Assembly (NCBI RefSeq): GCF_001997385.1
Contig: NZ_CP019633.1
Span: 600,001-632,000 of the forward strand
Direction of reading: 5' to 3'
Length of the DNA stretch: 32,000 nt
Source: Sedimentisphaera cyanobacteriorum
Lineage (GTDB): Bacteria > Planctomycetota > Phycisphaerae > Sedimentisphaerales > Sedimentisphaeraceae
The notes under the pieces are model-generated. The model saw only the letters and a list, made by a program, of their open reading frames with translations. It did no database searches and had not been told where the DNA came from. The translations under genes were made by a program, and so were the position numbers. Shown here piece by piece: positions 1-8,328 of the stretch (within the stretch, counting starts at the first letter, position 1; every line of letters begins with the position of its first letter).

Positions 1-1
1 C

Positions 2-523
2 GGCTTAGGTCTCGTTGACGGCGAGCTGCCAGGAAAAGTTGATGATATGGGTACAGCCCTGCTTGACGGCAAATTTGCTCTTGGAATTGGTGACTACGAC
101 GCAGAGATGCAGATGACGCTTAAGTCTGAATCAGACATCAACGACGACAGCTGGCATTACTGCGTTGCAACACGCAACTATGAATCAGGCGATATGAAGG
201 TTTATGTTGACGGCGTGCTCGAGGCCTCTTTAAGCGGAGCCACAGGCCTGAAAGATGAACCTCAAACACTTAGAATCGGCGCATTGCATACCGGTATGAA
301 TTTCTTCCCGGGCCTTATCGATGAGCTCAAGCTATACAACTACGAGCTTTCTGAGGTAGAAATTGCTGATAACTACACCTCTCTGACTGGCGAGTCTGTT
401 TGCCTTACCTCTCAAGCACCTGATAAAGACCTTGATGTAAATAATGACTGCCGGATTGATATGGCGGATTTTGCCGGTTTGGCAGCAGAATGGCTCACAA
501 GCGGGCTTTTCCCTGTTGAGTAA
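2..523 (+). CDS. LamG (concanavalin A-like lectin) domain secreted protein, C-terminal portion only (5' end lies upstream of the window)
   Basis: Frame 2 is open from the window edge (GLGLVDGELPGKVDD...). It aligns residue for residue with the last ~170 aa of the next ORF (GAGLVDGELPGGSDD...). LamG-type motifs are present: DDSWHYCVATRNYESGDMKVYVDGVL, LRIGA, GLIDELKLYNYELS. It ends in a dockerin-like tail, DVNNDCRIDMADFAGLAAEWL. Confidence 0.75.
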   Translation, partial: GLGLVDGELPGKVDDMGTALLDGKFALGIGDYDAEMQMTLKSESDINDDSWHYCVATRNYESGDMKVYVDGVLEASLSGATGLKDEPQTLRIGALHTGMNFFPGLIDELKLYNYELSEVEIADNYTSLTGESVCLTSQAPDKDLDVNNDCRIDMADFAGLAAEWLTSGLFPVE

Positions 524-610
524 TGGTGTTTGATTTTGAATGATAATGTTAGAAAGCCTGCAGGCGAGATCTAATATCCGCCGCAGGCAATAACAATAAG
601 GAGATTAACT

Positions 611-3001
611 ATGAGTAAAAAATTACTTTTAACAGCATTTTTTGCGGCGCAGATATTCCTTCTGCAGTCGCTGGCGGTAGGCGATACTGTAGCTTACTGG
701 CGTTTTGAAGATGGAATTGCAGATGCCCAGGTGCTGCATGGCGCAGGCGAGGGCCAATTCGCTGCGGATATCCCAGATTCATCAGGAAACGGAAATGCCC
801 TTTCCGTATGGAATGAAACATTCGCGGGATATGGCTTCAGAAGCGAAGTTGGCTATGATACCGTACCGTACACAGGGCAGGCAAACAACTTAAGTGTTAA
901 AAATACAGGCGGCTTACCTGGCATGTTCACTGAAACCGGCTCGCAGATAAGCACAATTGAGCCTGCTCAGTTTACGATTGAGGCAACCTTCAAACTTGAA
1001 AACGGTGATTACCGCGGAATTATCGGCAGAGACAGCCAAGGCAGCGTAACAGGAGATGCTGCACTTTCAGCCCTGTATTTTCAGGCTCTACCGAACAACG
1101 GCGTTGCTGTAAAATTCTGCGATGTTCAGGGCTACTGGCACGATGCAATTTCTGAGGGCGGATTGATAGAAACTTATGATTTCGGCACTAACCCCTCCGG
1201 TGCAGGTGTTCCGTTCTACAGCATGGCAGCAGTGAGCGACGGCGAGCTGCTCTCGCTCTACCTCTACAATCACGATAAGCCCGAAGAAGGCTACAAGCTC
1301 GTTGCTCAGGAAGATATGCTCCAAGAAACAGACAGCACAAATACTGCTCTCACATCCGGTACTGGAGACGGCGGAGACTGGGACGCAGGCAACTGGAGTG
1401 TAGGAAGGGCCATGTTCGACGGCGGCCACGCAGACCGCGCTTGGGGCTACATTGATGAGGTAAGAATCAGCGATTCTGCCCTTAGAGTAACAGATCTGCT
1501 CCAAGGCCCAACCCCTTACAATGGTGATGTTGCTCAGCAGTCTGATCCAGCCAACGGCGATGTTGACGTTACATTCAGCTGGGACGCACCGGGCGAGGAT
1601 GCCTCTGGGGACGGCTCTAATGCCGTTGAGCCGGATCTTGTAGATCAGTACGTATTTATAAGCTCAGGCGATGAAGAAGATACCGAGCTGTATTACGCAG
1701 GCGCAACCGGCGCTGACCCGGGCACAGATAATCCGGCATCTTCATTCGGACCTGTTGACCTCAACTACGACAGTTCGTATCTGTGGGCAGTTGTAGGCGT
1801 TATGGACGGCTACGAGCAGAGCCTCACTCCGGGCGTAAGCACACTTGCAGATGCAGACCCGAACAACAACATTCACGGCCCTGTTTGGGAGTTTGATGCG
1901 ATGGCATCTGTTCCTGTAATAGACGAAGATCCTGTTTACGATATAGTTCCAGACGGCGGCGACGCTTCGTTAACCGTTGAGGTTACGAGCGTTACAATGC
2001 CATCATTCCAGTGGTACAAGTCTGATGATCAGGCAAACGATACGCCTGAAGATGATACTGCTGTAAATGAGCCTGATGTAACTCTATCAATTACTCACCA
2101 CGCAGAAAGCTACACTTGCACAATGACTGTTCCAGCTGCAACATTTACTGATGAAGGCTATTACTACTGCGAAGTAAGCAATGAAAGTGCTGCTTCAGCT
2201 GTGTCTCAGGCCGGTCAGATTGAGATTGAAAAGCTGGTTAACTGGTACGAATTCGAGAATAACATTATGGATTCTCAGGGCACCAACCACGGCGTTTCTA
2301 TGAAGACAGACCCTAACGCACCGTTCGACTATACAGCAGGTATGGTAGGAGATGCTATTTCTCTCAACGCTGAGGGGGTAGGCGAATCATTCGAAATCGA
2401 CAAGACCATAAAAGCTAATTTCACAGTTGAAATGTGGGTTAAAACCACAGCAGCTCCGCAGGGCGGAGACAACTGGTGGGAAGGCGCAGGCCTTGTTGAC
2501 GGAGAGCTTCCCGGTGGATCTGACGATTTAGGTACTGTCTATCTCGACGGCAAATTCGCTTTTGGCGTAGGCGACCCTGATGAGGGTAACGTTACTCTTG
2601 AATCAGATGTTGATTTAAATGACGGAAGCTGGCATTACTGCGTTGCTACACGTGATTACGAAACTGGTGAGATTAAGGTTTATATCGACGGCGTTCTGGA
2701 AACCCAGACTTCTGCTTCAACAGGTTTAAAGGCAGAGGGCGATTACCTTCGCATAGGAGCAATCCAAACCGGCAGCAATTTCTTCAAGGGACAGCTTGAT
2801 GAGGTTAAGCTGTATAACTATGAGCTTTCTGAGATCGAGATAGCTGACAAATACACCACCGTAACCGGTGAAACTGTTTGTATAGCTTCTCAGCGTCCAA
2901 ATGAAGGACTTGACACCAACAACGACTGCCAGATAAATATTGATGATTTTATGGCTATGGCAGCAGAATGGCTTGTAAGCGGGATTTATTCTGCAGAATA
3001 A
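611..3001 (+). CDS. Secreted multidomain LamG-domain protein (N-terminal LamG-like module, Ig-like segment, C-terminal LamG, dockerin-like tail)
   Basis: 796-aa ORF with SD AAGGAGA 6 nt upstream of the ATG and signal peptide MSKKLLLTAFFAAQIFLLQSLAVG. C-terminal LamG motifs: FTVEMWVKT, DGSWHYCVATRDYETGEIKVYIDGVL, GQLDEVKLYNYELS. Tail: DTNNDCQINIDDFMAMAAEWL. Confidence 0.85.
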   Translation: MSKKLLLTAFFAAQIFLLQSLAVGDTVAYWRFEDGIADAQVLHGAGEGQFAADIPDSSGNGNALSVWNETFAGYGFRSEVGYDTVPYTGQANNLSVKNTGGLPGMFTETGSQISTIEPAQFTIEATFKLENGDYRGIIGRDSQGSVTGDAALSALYFQALPNNGVAVKFCDVQGYWHDAISEGGLIETYDFGTNPSGAGVPFYSMAAVSDGELLSLYLYNHDKPEEGYKLVAQEDMLQETDSTNTALTSGTGDGGDWDAGNWSVGRAMFDGGHADRAWGYIDEVRISDSALRVTDLLQGPTPYNGDVAQQSDPANGDVDVTFSWDAPGEDASGDGSNAVEPDLVDQYVFISSGDEEDTELYYAGATGADPGTDNPASSFGPVDLNYDSSYLWAVVGVMDGYEQSLTPGVSTLADADPNNNIHGPVWEFDAMASVPVIDEDPVYDIVPDGGDASLTVEVTSVTMPSFQWYKSDDQANDTPEDDTAVNEPDVTLSITHHAESYTCTMTVPAATFTDEGYYYCEVSNESAASAVSQAGQIEIEKLVNWYEFENNIMDSQGTNHGVSMKTDPNAPFDYTAGMVGDAISLNAEGVGESFEIDKTIKANFTVEMWVKTTAAPQGGDNWWEGAGLVDGELPGGSDDLGTVYLDGKFAFGVGDPDEGNVTLESDVDLNDGSWHYCVATRDYETGEIKVYIDGVLETQTSASTGLKAEGDYLRIGAIQTGSNFFKGQLDEVKLYNYELSEIEIADKYTTVTGETVCIASQRPNEGLDTNNDCQINIDDFMAMAAEWLVSGIYSAE

Positions 3002-3034
3002 GTGGGATCATTCTTGCTTCATATTAAGAAATCA

Positions 3035-3071
3035 GCAGGCGAAGGGATTTTCTCTCTTCGTCTGCTTTTTT
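3035..3071 (+). terminator. Rho-independent terminator candidate after the LamG gene
   Basis: 10-bp stem gcaggcgaag / cttcgtctgc (one G-U pair), 11-nt loop, followed directly by TTTTTT (3066-3071). It lies 34 nt after the stop codon. Confidence 0.6.
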
Positions 3072-3143
3072 AAAATTTTTTCGTTTGAATTTAATCTCTT
3101 GGGGTTTTTCAGCGTATAACCCTGCAGACATTGAGATTAAATG

Positions 3144-3185
3144 TTGAAAATTAGAACAGTTTTTTCATATATATGTGAATTCACA
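3144..3185 (+). promoter_or_regulatory. Candidate sigma70-type promoter plus perfect 12-bp palindromic operator upstream of the GH43-GH2 pair
   Basis: TTGAAA (3144-3149), a 17-18 nt spacer and an AT-rich -10 (atatat/tatata, 3167-3173). This is followed immediately by the perfect palindrome TGTGAATTCACA (3174-3185), 28 nt before the GH43 ATG. Confidence 0.3.
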
Positions 3186-3213
3186 AATTTAGAGTGATTT
3201 ATAAGGATGCCAA

Positions 3214-5838
3214 ATGAATTTATTTATCAGCAATTACAGCCGAAAGCTTATAAGATTCCTTGTTTTTATCCTGCTCTTATCAGCAGCTCTTCAGGCGGCA
3301 GATACATACACAAACCCGGTGGTAATATCAAATGACAGGCTGGCAGACCCGACAATTCTAAAATATGACGGCAACGGCAAGTACTACATGTATCCTACAG
3401 GAGATAATGTCAGCTACCATGTTTACACCTCCATCGACCTTGTCAATTGGACCAAGGGCAAACGCGTATTTCAGCCGGGTGTAAGCGGTGTTTGGGCTCC
3501 TGATGTTTATCATAGCAAAGAAGACGGCAAATTTTATATGTACTATACCGCCGGCGGGAATATTGGCGTAGCTGTGGCAACTCGTCCTGACGGGACATTT
3601 ATAGATCAAGGCATAATATTGGAGAATTCTATAGATGCGCATTTCTTTGCTGAAAACGGGGAGTATTATCTCTATTTCACAGAGGTTGACCATGGCAATC
3701 GAATTTATGTCCAGAAGATGTCGAGCCATACCGAGCTTACAGGCGAGAAGCATTTGATTCTCGAGCCCGACCAAGGCTGGGATCAGGAAGCCGGCTGGGT
3801 GAATGAAGCACCATGGATGCTGAAGCATAAAGGTACGTATTATCTGCTATTCTCTGGCAGCGGAGCAAATACGCAGGAATACGGCGTTGGTTATGCAACG
3901 GCTGATAATCCAATGGGACCATTTACTAAATACGAAAACAATCCCATTATCGAAAAAGGCGGCGGGGTTTACGGACCTGGGCACGGGTCGGTTACAACTG
4001 ATGATGATGGCAATCTCTGGCATATTTATCATCAGAAGCATGATGAAAATGTGAACTGGAATCGCTTTATATGCCTCGATCCGATGTGGTTTGACTCAAA
4101 CGGTGTTCTCCACAGCAGGGCTACAAGAGGCCAAGAGCTTCCTGCCCCCAAGATTGACGGCAACAAGCCCGAACTTGCTTATTGGCGTTTTGAAGAAGGT
4201 CCTGCAGATGCCGATGTTTCTCATGGCGGACTGGCTGACGGGTTCTTCTTTCCGGGTGTAGCTGATGTTACTGGAAACGGAAATCCGCTTTCTGTGTGGA
4301 ATCAAAGCTACGGCGGATACGTTTATAAAGATGAAACCGCCTTCGATACTGTGCCGCAGACAGGGCAGACTAATAATTTCAGTGTAAAAAATTCCGGCGG
4401 AAACCCGAATATGTTTACAAGTATAGGGGCCTTTGTTTCTTCAGTAAGCCCTTCTGAATTCACAGTGCAGGCAACCTTCAGACTGGAAGACGGCGGGTAT
4501 CGGGGCATTGTAGGCAGAGACAGCTTCGGTACAGCAAATAAAGACTCGCAGCTTTCAGCATTTTATCTGCAGGCAATTCCCGGCAACGGGGTTGCTGTCA
4601 AGTTCTGCGATGTGCAGGGATACTGGCATGATGCCATCTCGGATATAGGGGTTATAGAAACTTTCGACTGGGGCTCGAATCCCTCTGGTGAGGGAGTGCC
4701 TTTTTACAGCGCAGCAGCCGTGAGCGACGGAGAATTTCTCTCGCTCTACCTCTACAACCACGACAAGCCCGAAGAGGGTTACAAGCTCGTTGCTCAGGAG
4801 AATATGCTCGAAGAAACGGACAGCACAAATACAGCTCTTACCGGAGGTGCAGGAGACGGGCCGGATTGGGATGCCGGCAATTGGACAGTTGGAAGAGCGA
4901 TGTACAACGGAGGCCATGCCGACCGCGCTTGGGGTTATATTGATGAAGTGAAAATAACTGCCGCAGACCTGCGGGTTACAGACTTCCTTCAAGGCCCTGC
5001 CCCATACAGCCCTGATGTTAGCTTAACTGCTGATATGGATAATTATGTGGTTGAGGCTGATTTCTCTTGGAACGCCCCGGGCAGTCCTGAGGAGCCGGTT
5101 TTAAGAGATATAGTTAACGAGTATGTATTTATAAGCTCCTCAGATCCTCAGGATGACAGCCTTTACTATGCAGGCGATACCGGCATAGACCCGGGAAATT
5201 ATAACCCCGAATCCTCTTTCGGTACTGCTCAAGTTGATTTCAACAATACCTGCCGCTGGGCGGTTGTGGCTGTTATGGATGGTTTCGAGCAGAATCTCAC
5301 CGCAGGCCAGAGTACGCTGGAAGATGTGGATTCGAATAATTTGATCGGCCCGATATGGAGCTTTGATTCGCTTGAGCTTGACCCGGGCATAGAAGCCCAG
5401 CCTTCCGAGATTGTGCTTGCTGAGGATTCATCAGAATCCGGATGTTTCGGCGTAAATCTCGCAAGCAGGCCGATGGGGGATGTTCAGCTGAATCTCTCAG
5501 AAAAATATTCACGCGGTCAGATTACTGTTTCCCCGCAGAACCTGCTTTTTACCCCTCAGAACTGGTCAGCAGGGCAGGATGTCTGCGTGCAGACGGTGGA
5601 TGATGATATGCTCGAAAGCCCTCTGGATACAGTTCCTGTTGAGGTAAGTGCGTCCAGCTCTGAAGATCAATACTACGACGGCCTCACAGCAGAGCCGTTT
5701 GCTGTAAAAATTGAAGATGATGAGTGCGGCTCGGCTGGTTATTTGAAGGCAGATTTCAATCTTGACTGCGAGGTTGGGATGGACGATTTCAGCTTTTTTG
5801 CTCAGCAGTGGCTTTCAGATACGCTAGTTAATAATTAA
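3214..5838 (+). CDS. Glycoside hydrolase family 43 (beta-propeller) fused to a LamG-like module and a dockerin-like tail
   Basis: 874-aa ORF with a signal peptide. The three GH43 catalytic blocks are present: LADPTILKYDG..KYYMY (base Asp), SIDAHFFAENGEYYLYF (modulator Asp), NEAPWMLKHKGTYYLLFSG (acid Glu). Residues ~322-715 are paralogous to residues ~27-437 of the ORF at 611. Tail: DFNLDCEVGMDDFSFFAQQWL. Confidence 0.85.
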   Translation: MNLFISNYSRKLIRFLVFILLLSAALQAADTYTNPVVISNDRLADPTILKYDGNGKYYMYPTGDNVSYHVYTSIDLVNWTKGKRVFQPGVSGVWAPDVYHSKEDGKFYMYYTAGGNIGVAVATRPDGTFIDQGIILENSIDAHFFAENGEYYLYFTEVDHGNRIYVQKMSSHTELTGEKHLILEPDQGWDQEAGWVNEAPWMLKHKGTYYLLFSGSGANTQEYGVGYATADNPMGPFTKYENNPIIEKGGGVYGPGHGSVTTDDDGNLWHIYHQKHDENVNWNRFICLDPMWFDSNGVLHSRATRGQELPAPKIDGNKPELAYWRFEEGPADADVSHGGLADGFFFPGVADVTGNGNPLSVWNQSYGGYVYKDETAFDTVPQTGQTNNFSVKNSGGNPNMFTSIGAFVSSVSPSEFTVQATFRLEDGGYRGIVGRDSFGTANKDSQLSAFYLQAIPGNGVAVKFCDVQGYWHDAISDIGVIETFDWGSNPSGEGVPFYSAAAVSDGEFLSLYLYNHDKPEEGYKLVAQENMLEETDSTNTALTGGAGDGPDWDAGNWTVGRAMYNGGHADRAWGYIDEVKITAADLRVTDFLQGPAPYSPDVSLTADMDNYVVEADFSWNAPGSPEEPVLRDIVNEYVFISSSDPQDDSLYYAGDTGIDPGNYNPESSFGTAQVDFNNTCRWAVVAVMDGFEQNLTAGQSTLEDVDSNNLIGPIWSFDSLELDPGIEAQPSEIVLAEDSSESGCFGVNLASRPMGDVQLNLSEKYSRGQITVSPQNLLFTPQNWSAGQDVCVQTVDDDMLESPLDTVPVEVSASSSEDQYYDGLTAEPFAVKIEDDECGSAGYLKADFNLDCEVGMDDFSFFAQQWLSDTLVNN

Positions 5839-5880
5839 ATACAGTTTTTTTGATTAGTTCTTAATAACAGAAAGGTGATT

Positions 5881-8235
5881 ATGTCAAAAGTAAGCAAGTT
5901 AGTATTATGCGCATTAATTGCGTGTATGTTTTCCCAGCAGCAGGCTTCGGCCTGGTCTCTCAAGCAGGCTCCGCTCATGACAGAGTGGGCAGATGAGGTA
6001 GACCCGCAGAATACTTTGCCCGAATACCCGAGGCCTCAGATGGTTCGAGATAACTGGCAGAACCTCAACGGTGTCTGGGAGTTCCAGCCCGGCAGTGAAG
6101 GTGATCAGGTGCCGGCAGGCCAAACCCTCAGCGGGGACATACTCGTTCCGTTTCCTGTTGAATCAGCGATTTCAGGCGTTAAAGAACACCACGAAAGGGT
6201 TTGGTATAAGAGAACTTTCCAGATTCCGGAAAGCTGGGACGGCAGCAGAATCCTTCTGCATTTCGGCGCAGTTGACTGGGAATCAGAAGTTTATGTAAAC
6301 GGCCAGAGCGCAGGCGTTCATAAGGGCGGCTTCGATACTTTCAGCTACGATATAACATCAATGCTCGATACTGAAAAGCAGGCTCAGGAGCTTATAGTAC
6401 GCGTTTACGACCCGACAAACAGCAGTGCAATCGCCTGCGGCAAACAGGACCTCAATCCAAACGGTATCTGGTACACAGCTGTTACAGGTATCTGGCAGAC
6501 AGTATGGCTTGAGCCCGTACCGCAGACTTCTGTTGAAAAATTGAACCTCACACCGGATGTTGACAGCAGCTGCCTGAATTTATCTGCTGATATTGACGGT
6601 TCTGGAAACGGCGTTACAGTTCATGCTGCAGCCTATGCCAACGGCAAAAAGGCCGGCGAGATAAACGGCGCACCAGGGCAGAAGCTCAGCCTCAACCTCA
6701 GAGACCCGCAGCTTTGGTCTCCAAGCAACCCATTTCTTTATGACCTTACCGTTCAGCTCAAGAAAAACGGCAGCGTTATAGACGAAGTAGAGAGCTATTT
6801 CGGTATGCGGAAAATTGAAGTTAAGAAGGTTGACGGGAAGAACAGAATCCTCCTCAACGGAGATTTTGTGTTCAATATCGGCCCGCTTGATCAGGGCTGG
6901 TGGCCGGACGGCCTTTTCACCGCCCCCACAGACGAGGCACTAAAATACGACCTCGATATGACAAAAGAGTTCGGTTTCAATATGACAAGAAAGCATGTGA
7001 AGATAGAGCCGGCAAGATGGTACTACTGGTGCGATAAGCTCGGGCTTATGGTATGGCAGGATATGCCGAGTATGCGTTCAAGCGGGAATGCAGCTCAGAG
7101 AGAGCAGTTTGAAAAAGAGCTTGCCTCAATGGTGGACGACCTCGGCAACCACCCGTCAATCGTATTGTGGGTAGTATTCAATGAAGGCTGGGGACAGTAT
7201 GATACTGTTCGCGTTACTGAAGACGTAATGGAGCAGGACCCTTCAAGAATCGTTACCTGTGCAAGCGGATGGACAGACCACGAGGTTGGCCATATCAAGG
7301 ACGACCACAGATACTCTCCTCCGCATAATCCGTCTGCTCCAACCGATGACAGAGCCTCCGTTTGCGGCGAGTACGGCGGAATCGGTATGAGAGTAGAAGG
7401 GCATATGTGGGAGGAAGACTCCTGGAGTTATACAATGGCCGAAACAGGTGAGGAGCTTGAAAGGATATACGATTCGTACATCCAGACATTGGTTCAGTAT
7501 CGCGAAGACCCGGGATACAGCGGCGCTGTTTACACACAGATAACTGATGTGGAAGGTGAGATTAACGGACTGATAACCTACGACCGCAAGGTGGTTAAGC
7601 CTGACCCTGCCGACATTGCCTTTTCAAATAAAATGTACGAGAGGACATATCAGCAGATTCTCCCAACTTCCGCTCAAACTCCGCAGACATGGAAATACTC
7701 CTTTTCCGACCCGGGAGAAGGCTGGCAGAATCCAGCTTTTGATGATTCTTCCTGGCAGCAGGGGCACGGCGGTTTTGGAACCGAAAGCACTCCCGGCGCT
7801 GTTATAGGCACAGTTTGGGACAGCTCCGACATCTGGCTGCGCAAGAGTTTCGAGGTTGGCCAGCTGACAGACGAGCAGATTGAAAAACTTATCTTCAGAA
7901 TCCACCATGACGAAGATGTCGAGGTTTATGTAAACGGTTCGCTCGTTTTTTCTGAAGACGGATTTACCACAAACTATCTTTACGTAAATGCAGGGCAGGA
8001 GCTCAAAAATGCAATCCAGCCCGGGCAAACCAACACGATCGCTGTGCACTGTTATCAGGATACCGGCGGTCAGTATATTGATGTAGGGATTGCATTTGAA
8101 ACCACAGATTTCGATGATGATTCCTGCGGTCAGCTCGGATACGCACCATCAGACTTCAACCGCGACTGTAATGTAGATATGAGTGATATGCTGGTTTTCG
8201 TTGAAGACTGGCTTGGAAGCTCATCTGAAGGCTGA
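5881..8235 (+). CDS. Glycoside hydrolase family 2 (beta-galactosidase/beta-glucuronidase-type) with an extra C-terminal sugar-binding-like domain and a dockerin-like tail
   Basis: GH2 hallmarks: ILLHFGAVDWESEVYVNGQSAGVHKGGFDTFSYDIT, GIWQTVWLEP, NHPSIVLWVVFNEGWG (acid/base Glu), CGEYGG (nucleophile Glu). Signal peptide ending QQASAW. ATG 5881 sits 6 nt after GAAAGG; the ORF track's GTG at 5875 is the alternative start. It lies 40 nt after the GH43 stop, so it is likely co-transcribed. Confidence 0.85.
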   Translation: MSKVSKLVLCALIACMFSQQQASAWSLKQAPLMTEWADEVDPQNTLPEYPRPQMVRDNWQNLNGVWEFQPGSEGDQVPAGQTLSGDILVPFPVESAISGVKEHHERVWYKRTFQIPESWDGSRILLHFGAVDWESEVYVNGQSAGVHKGGFDTFSYDITSMLDTEKQAQELIVRVYDPTNSSAIACGKQDLNPNGIWYTAVTGIWQTVWLEPVPQTSVEKLNLTPDVDSSCLNLSADIDGSGNGVTVHAAAYANGKKAGEINGAPGQKLSLNLRDPQLWSPSNPFLYDLTVQLKKNGSVIDEVESYFGMRKIEVKKVDGKNRILLNGDFVFNIGPLDQGWWPDGLFTAPTDEALKYDLDMTKEFGFNMTRKHVKIEPARWYYWCDKLGLMVWQDMPSMRSSGNAAQREQFEKELASMVDDLGNHPSIVLWVVFNEGWGQYDTVRVTEDVMEQDPSRIVTCASGWTDHEVGHIKDDHRYSPPHNPSAPTDDRASVCGEYGGIGMRVEGHMWEEDSWSYTMAETGEELERIYDSYIQTLVQYREDPGYSGAVYTQITDVEGEINGLITYDRKVVKPDPADIAFSNKMYERTYQQILPTSAQTPQTWKYSFSDPGEGWQNPAFDDSSWQQGHGGFGTESTPGAVIGTVWDSSDIWLRKSFEVGQLTDEQIEKLIFRIHHDEDVEVYVNGSLVFSEDGFTTNYLYVNAGQELKNAIQPGQTNTIAVHCYQDTGGQYIDVGIAFETTDFDDDSCGQLGYAPSDFNRDCNVDMSDMLVFVEDWLGSSSEG

Positions 8236-8268
8236 TTTTTCAGCAATTTGATTCAGCAGCACCAATCA

Positions 8269-8302
8269 AAAGGGCGGGACGGCATTTGCCATTCCGCCCT
8301 TT
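8269..8302. terminator. Hairpin between convergent genes (possible bidirectional terminator)
   Basis: Perfect 9-bp stem aaagggcgg / ccgcccttt with an internal GC-rich loop region. It has A-rich 5' and T-containing 3' flanks and lies between the stop at 8235 (+) and the stop at 8329 (-). Confidence 0.5.
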
Positions 8303-8328
8303 GTTCATTTCTGGTTTAGCTTCAGGCT

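Noticed and set aside
556-588. 10-bp GC-rich hairpin (gcctgc(a)ggcg / cgccgcaggc) between the first two LamG genes, considered as a terminator
   Set aside because: It is followed by AATAACAATAAGG rather than a U-tract, and the next gene's SD follows at once. It is at most a stabilising or processing stem and cannot be called an intrinsic terminator.
1088-1504. Antisense ORF of 138 aa, with a homologous antisense ORF of 145 aa at 4555-4992
   Set aside because: Both lie opposite the duplicated LamG-like module, so their similarity to each other simply reflects the sense-strand duplication. The sequences are Cys/Val/Ala-rich, look non-protein-like, and have no start context.
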